A program made the position numbers and the translations under genes. 20,000 bases of DNA from an uncultured virus (IMG/VR IMGVR_UViG_3300002161_000007) (taxonomy: Duplodnaviria; Heunggongvirae; Uroviricota; Caudoviricetes): positions 55,021-75,020 of the IMG/VR virus record IMGVR_UViG_3300002161_000007. One strand, written 5' to 3'. Below, in pieces: positions 17,126 through 20,000 of this stretch. The notes below the pieces were generated by a model. The model saw only the letters and a list, made by a program, of their open reading frames with translations. It was not told the DNA's origin and did no database searches. The first letter of the stretch is position 1, and each line of letters begins with the position of its first letter.

Positions 17126-17344
17126 TCACGCACTGTGATCAACTGAGTGGTCGTACCCCTCGGGGTACCACGCATCACCGCATGTCGCACAGGTGTATCC
17201 ATCGGGGTATCCGATGTCGTACGCCTCAGCGAACTCCAGTGTCTCACCTTCACGAAGTGACTCGGCTTGGTAGTAGTCGGCGCACACAAGGCACACCAAC
17301 GCACCATCGTCCATCACTTTGCCAATTACGACTGGGCTAGTCAT
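17126..17344 (-). CDS. Small zinc-finger protein (72 aa; start revised to MTSPVV)
   Basis: CLVC...CATC; GAGGA SD; 8-nt overlap with the upstream gene. Confidence 0.75.
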   Translation of the reverse strand: MTSPVVIGKVMDDGALVCLVCADYYQAESLREGETLEFAEAYDIGYPDGYTCATCGDAWYPEGYDHSVDHSA

Positions 17345-17657
17345 TGTCCTCGTCCTCCTCCACATAGCCTGCTGGCATTGTGATGGATGGGAAGTAGACA
17401 ACGGCTTCATCACGACCCATGCTGTCTTGACGCACATCGTAAAGAAGTGCCCTTGTCAGGGCTTGACCTTTACTGCCCAAGTCAGCGAGTGCCGATCCGA
17501 GGATCAAGAATGTTGATGCCACATCTTCGGTCACAATGCCGAGGCATTGAGCGCCATACATCGCACGACCCGAGTACTCCATTACGGAACCCGCTTCATA
17601 CATGTCCAGTGTGTCAGTGATCTGTTCTAGATCCCAGTCGGTCAGTTGATAACTCAT
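17337..17657 (-). CDS. Hypothetical phage protein (106 aa), first gene of a cassette
   Basis: YSGRAMYG..CLGIV...RQDSMG....VYFP; SD hairpin upstream. Confidence 0.8.
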   Translation of the reverse strand: MSYQLTDWDLEQITDTLDMYEAGSVMEYSGRAMYGAQCLGIVTEDVASTFLILGSALADLGSKGQALTRALLYDVRQDSMGRDEAVVYFPSITMPAGYVEEDEDND

Positions 17658-17742
17658 GGCTATACCTCCTCAGGTATTTTGTAGTGAGCGGTTGCTCACA
17701 GTCCCCAGTACCGATTGAACGGTCACGCCTAAAGCGCTGGGG
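17658..17742 (-). repeat. Cassette leader, type A (core 17703-17742)
   Basis: CCCCAG-CGC-TTTAG-GCG-TG-ACCG-TTCAAT-CGGT-A-CTGGGG-AC; ATACCT-GAGG-AGGTAT. Confidence 0.9.
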
Positions 17743-17749
17743 GAATTGG

Positions 17750-18040
17750 TTAGTAAGAACCCCAATTTTCTTCATCGGTGACGATGTCTCGCACGACATC
17801 AGGACTGATACCGCACTTGATCAAGAATGCGCTGTTTTCTTCTGCCGTTCGGCAGTCAACGATTACAGCGTCATCCATGCCGAGTTGATCCGCAAGTGAT
17901 TGCCACAGCATCCACAGAGCGATATGTGCACGCTCATGGTGCATCACCCGCCAGACTCCGAGACTTCTTGGTGACATGGAATCAAAGTGCGCATGCCTGC
18001 GAATTGCTTTTGCAATTGTGTCTTCTATTCCGAATTTCAT
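17750..18040 (-). CDS. Hypothetical protein (96 aa), single-gene cassette
   Basis: Flanked by leaders on both sides. Confidence 0.8.
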   Translation of the reverse strand: MKFGIEDTIAKAIRRHAHFDSMSPRSLGVWRVMHHERAHIALWMLWQSLADQLGMDDAVIVDCRTAEENSAFLIKCGISPDVVRDIVTDEENWGSY

Positions 18041-18130
18041 GGCTATACCTCCTCAGGTATTTGTATTCACGACACTGGCGTGTCGCTAGTCCCTAGTCCG
18101 AATTGAATCGGCACGCCCAAGGCGCTAGGG
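18041..18130 (-). repeat. Cassette leader, type A (core 18091-18130)
   Basis: CCCTAG-CGCC-TTG-GGCG-TG-CCGA-TTCAAT-TCGG-A-CTAGGG-AC; ATACCT-GAGG-AGGTAT. Confidence 0.9.
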
Positions 18131-18140
18131 GAACGCTCAC

Positions 18141-18521
18141 TCACCCGTAGACGATGTCACCGAGCACTGCGTACTGCATGATGTTGTCAGCACCGCATGC
18201 GTCAAGGTCTTCGTGGTTGATATCCCAACCACGGGACACGAGCGCACCGTACGCCATGGCGATGTCATTCATTGACAACTTGGCGCTTTTGATGCTGGCT
18301 GGTGCTGGGAAGGTGTCCCGATCGTAACGATCAGGGTTCTCAACACCCACCAAGATGAACTTCTCACTCGGGTCAGTTGGAAGATTGTCATCGCTGTAGC
18401 CGTTCAGGTATCCGAACGCCTCCCACCAAGACCATCCCAACCACCCCGAACCGAGAACTGCGGACATGAACTCTTCCGCATCCAGTCGGACGGTGACTGT
18501 AAGTGTTGTTGCTGTTTTCAT
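18141..18521 (-). CDS. Hypothetical phage protein (126 aa; start revised to MKTATT)
   Basis: ATG follows the SD hairpin; C-terminal DLDA..AD.IMQYAVLGDIVYG. Confidence 0.8.
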   Translation of the reverse strand: MKTATTLTVTVRLDAEEFMSAVLGSGWLGWSWWEAFGYLNGYSDDNLPTDPSEKFILVGVENPDRYDRDTFPAPASIKSAKLSMNDIAMAYGALVSRGWDINHEDLDACGADNIMQYAVLGDIVYG

Positions 18522-18603
18522 GGTTGACCTCCTCAGGTCGCTTACTTCGGCGGGAATGCCTTGTCCCGTGTTGCGATTGAACGCCACACCTAAAGTGCAC
18601 GGG
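18522..18603 (-). repeat. Cassette leader, type A (core 18565-18603)
   Basis: CCCGTG-CAC-TTTAG-GTG-TG-GCG-TTCAAT-CGC-AA-CACGGG-AC; GACCT-GAGG-AGGTC. Confidence 0.9.
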
Positions 18604-18616
18604 GGAGTCGCTCACA

Positions 18617-19156
18617 TCACACAAGTGATGTGATCTTCTCACTGATTAATTGCAGAGTCTCAATGCGAAGAGTCATGAGGTCATCGTTGAGTTTGTTCCA
18701 CTCGGCATCGGTAACCGTTGGGCTACTGATGTGTCGGATGATGCCATTGACTGCCTGTTGCTTGGAGCCAGCACGCTCAATCTTTTCTTGGTGGTAAGCC
18801 TTCGCCTCGGCATCCTGTTGAGCGACCCATTCTTGAATGGTGGTCGCTTCCCAGTGAGCCATGTGAGACTGGATCTCTCGTGCTGACACCTTGCGAGTTG
18901 CCAAGCCGTACACAGGCTCTCGGTTGTCATTGGCACCCTCACTGCGCAAGTAACCACGGAAATATGTGTGGTGAGTCACAGCGAATACGAACTCAATGCG
19001 AGTGCCTGTCCGCCTGTAGTTGTCGTACACGGGAACCTCACGCTCAATCACTTCCGTGATTGATCCGTAACTCGTGCCACGACCGAAGCGTTGCTTGATC
19101 ACGAATATTGCATTCGGATCCTTGGCAATGATCTGCTTGATGTCTGATGTTTTCAT
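18617..19156 (-). CDS. Hypothetical protein (179 aa), single-gene cassette
   Basis: Flanked by leaders on both sides. Confidence 0.8.
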   Translation of the reverse strand: MKTSDIKQIIAKDPNAIFVIKQRFGRGTSYGSITEVIEREVPVYDNYRRTGTRIEFVFAVTHHTYFRGYLRSEGANDNREPVYGLATRKVSAREIQSHMAHWEATTIQEWVAQQDAEAKAYHQEKIERAGSKQQAVNGIIRHISSPTVTDAEWNKLNDDLMTLRIETLQLISEKITSLV

Positions 19157-19244
19157 GGTTGACCTCCTCNGGTCTTATNNTCACGACACTGGCGTGTCGC
19201 TAGTCCCCAGTCCCGATTGAACGGGCACGCCCTAGGCGCTGGGG
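19157..19244 (-). repeat. Cassette leader, type A (core 19205-19244)
   Basis: CCCCAG-CGCC-TAG-GGCG-TG-CCCG-TTCAAT-CGGG-A-CTGGGG-AC; GACCN-GAGG-AGGTC. Confidence 0.9.
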
Positions 19245-19268
19245 GATACTCACTCACTCAGTTTCTGA

Positions 19269-19589
19269 TCACTCACGCTCAATGCTTGCGATGTGCTTCA
19301 AGATCTCACGCTTGGCTTTACGCAATGTGTAAAGTTCCGTGAACTCTTTGCTGAAGTCATTCAACTTCTGCGTGGCGAACGGAAGGCTCCAATTGATCCT
19401 CCAATCGGCGTCTTCGTTGGTCGCATCAATCGTGACTGGCTCCAGTTGGGTGAGCAGTTCGGCAAAGAACTTGGCGTAATCGGAGACAATTCCGATGTAG
19501 TTAAGCGACCGAAGTCTGTCCTCCATCTGTTTGATCTGCCAGTCAAGAAACATAAGTGCTACTTGATCAGGTGTTGATGTGCTGTCCAT
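19269..19589 (-). CDS. Helical hypothetical protein (106 aa), single-gene cassette
   Basis: Flanked by leaders on both sides. Confidence 0.8.
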   Translation of the reverse strand: MDSTSTPDQVALMFLDWQIKQMEDRLRSLNYIGIVSDYAKFFAELLTQLEPVTIDATNEDADWRINWSLPFATQKLNDFSKEFTELYTLRKAKREILKHIASIERE

Positions 19590-19672
19590 GGTTGACCTCC
19601 TCAGGTCGTTGTAGTGAGCGGTCGCTCACAGTCCCCAGTGCTCATTGAAGAGCCACGACCTAGTCGCTGGGG
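19590..19672 (-). repeat. Cassette leader, type A (core 19633-19672)
   Basis: CCCCAG-CGAC-TAG-GTCG-TG-GCTC-TTCAAT-GAGC-A-CTGGGG-AC; GACCT-GAGG-AGGTC. Confidence 0.9.
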
Positions 19673-19691
19673 GAATGCGTTGCGGGATTAC

Positions 19692-19904
19692 TTAACGCAC
19701 TTTGTACTTGACGCAACTTGGGCACAAGGCTCGCTGTGCCCTTGTGGTTGATGACGGCACGAATCTCCAGTTGCCTGTGAATGGATTCTTGCGGGTCATG
19801 TCCTCTATCAACGATGTCACCGTTGTGTAGGTGTGGACTCCAGTTGCTTTGCACCCGTTGCAATGTGCTCGGTATGCATTACTTCCGTGTTCCCTCTTAA
19901 TCAT
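19692..19904 (-). CDS. Small zinc-finger protein (70 aa), single-gene cassette
   Basis: CNGC...CPSC; flanked by leaders. Confidence 0.8.
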   Translation of the reverse strand: MIKREHGSNAYRAHCNGCKATGVHTYTTVTSLIEDMTRKNPFTGNWRFVPSSTTRAQRALCPSCVKYKVR

Positions 19905-19989
19905 GGTGTGCCTCCTCAGGCATATTCACGGAGCGTTCGCTCCGCTAGTCCCCAGTGCGAATTGAATCGCCACGGCTGAACCGCTGGGG
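19905..19989 (-). repeat. Cassette leader, type A (core 19950-19989)
   Basis: CCCCAG-CGG-TTCAG-CCG-TG-GCGA-TTCAAT-TCGC-A-CTGGGG-AC; TGCCT-GAGG-AGGCA. Confidence 0.9.
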
Positions 19990-20000
19990 GGAAGAACTCA

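Noticed and set aside
16758..18587. Long N-terminal extensions in the ORF track (17129, 17437, 18587; likewise 11230, 12153, 13588)
   Set aside because: They run through structured leaders or upstream genes. Internal ATGs with SD hairpins or coupled overlaps are the better starts.
149..19863. Numerous antisense or alternate-frame ORFs (e.g. 149-511, 5973-6338, 8685-9170, 15138-15665, 19293-19577)
   Set aside because: They are shadows of better-supported genes, lack recognisable motifs and break the operon packing.
11733..19922. CUGAGGAG in the SD hairpin as a hammerhead ribozyme core (CUGANGA)
   Set aside because: No conserved stem II followed by GAAA and no stem I/III. GAAA appears only where the ORF begins ATGAAA, and three copies alter the CCUGA context. 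The motif is better explained as SD plus its own hairpin.
13826..19989. Type A cores as true tRNA genes
   Set aside because: Only 39-40 nt, with no anticodon arm, a 6-bp closing stem and no encoded CCA.
11732..19989. CRISPR array
   Set aside because: The intervals between repeats are whole genes of 0.2-1.5 kb, the repeats vary by covariation, and no cas genes are visible.
11732..19989. Classical integron attC sites
   Set aside because: No RYYYAAC/GTTRRRY ends and no integrase in the window. Strand-specific G-U pairs and GNRA/UUCG loops favour RNA structure over ssDNA hairpins.
11732..19989. Leaders as repeated sigma70/SigA promoters or U-tract terminators
   Set aside because: No conserved, correctly spaced -35/-10 pair on the coding strand (one TACAAT in a loop at 17048-17053, one unpaired TTGACA near 14150) and no U-tracts after the stems. 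A non-canonical promoter cannot be excluded.

Overview
This window looks like an actinobacteriophage genome segment: two WhiB-family genes, SigA-like promoters including a leaderless one, DUF932, a SNF2 helicase, and tight ATGA/TAATG gene overlaps. I recognised no virion structural genes. Bases 1-7812 are a + strand block (Pro-rich protein, HAD proteins, a possible TGT-like protein, DUF6378, WhiB, SLT-like muramidase, HTH, glycosyltransferase). Bases 7789-20000 are a convergent - strand block of mostly small unknown genes. The main discovery is in 11.7-20 kb, a gene-cassette array with 13 intergenic leaders of shared modular design: [structured core]-[small variable hairpin]-[hairpin enclosing the Shine-Dalgarno, CCU-GAGG-AGG]-ATG. 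The cores are of two covarying types. Type A (7 copies) is a 39-40 nt tRNA-like three-stem fold with an invariant UUCAAU loop. Type B (5 copies plus 1 variant) is a tetraloop hairpin plus a long stem whose base competes with a downstream hairpin. G-U pairs and GCAA/UUCG loops work only on the coding (-) strand, which points to RNA-level function. Leader sub-modules occur in mixed combinations between cassettes, suggesting recombinational shuffling. All protein family calls come from motif recognition by eye, not database searches.
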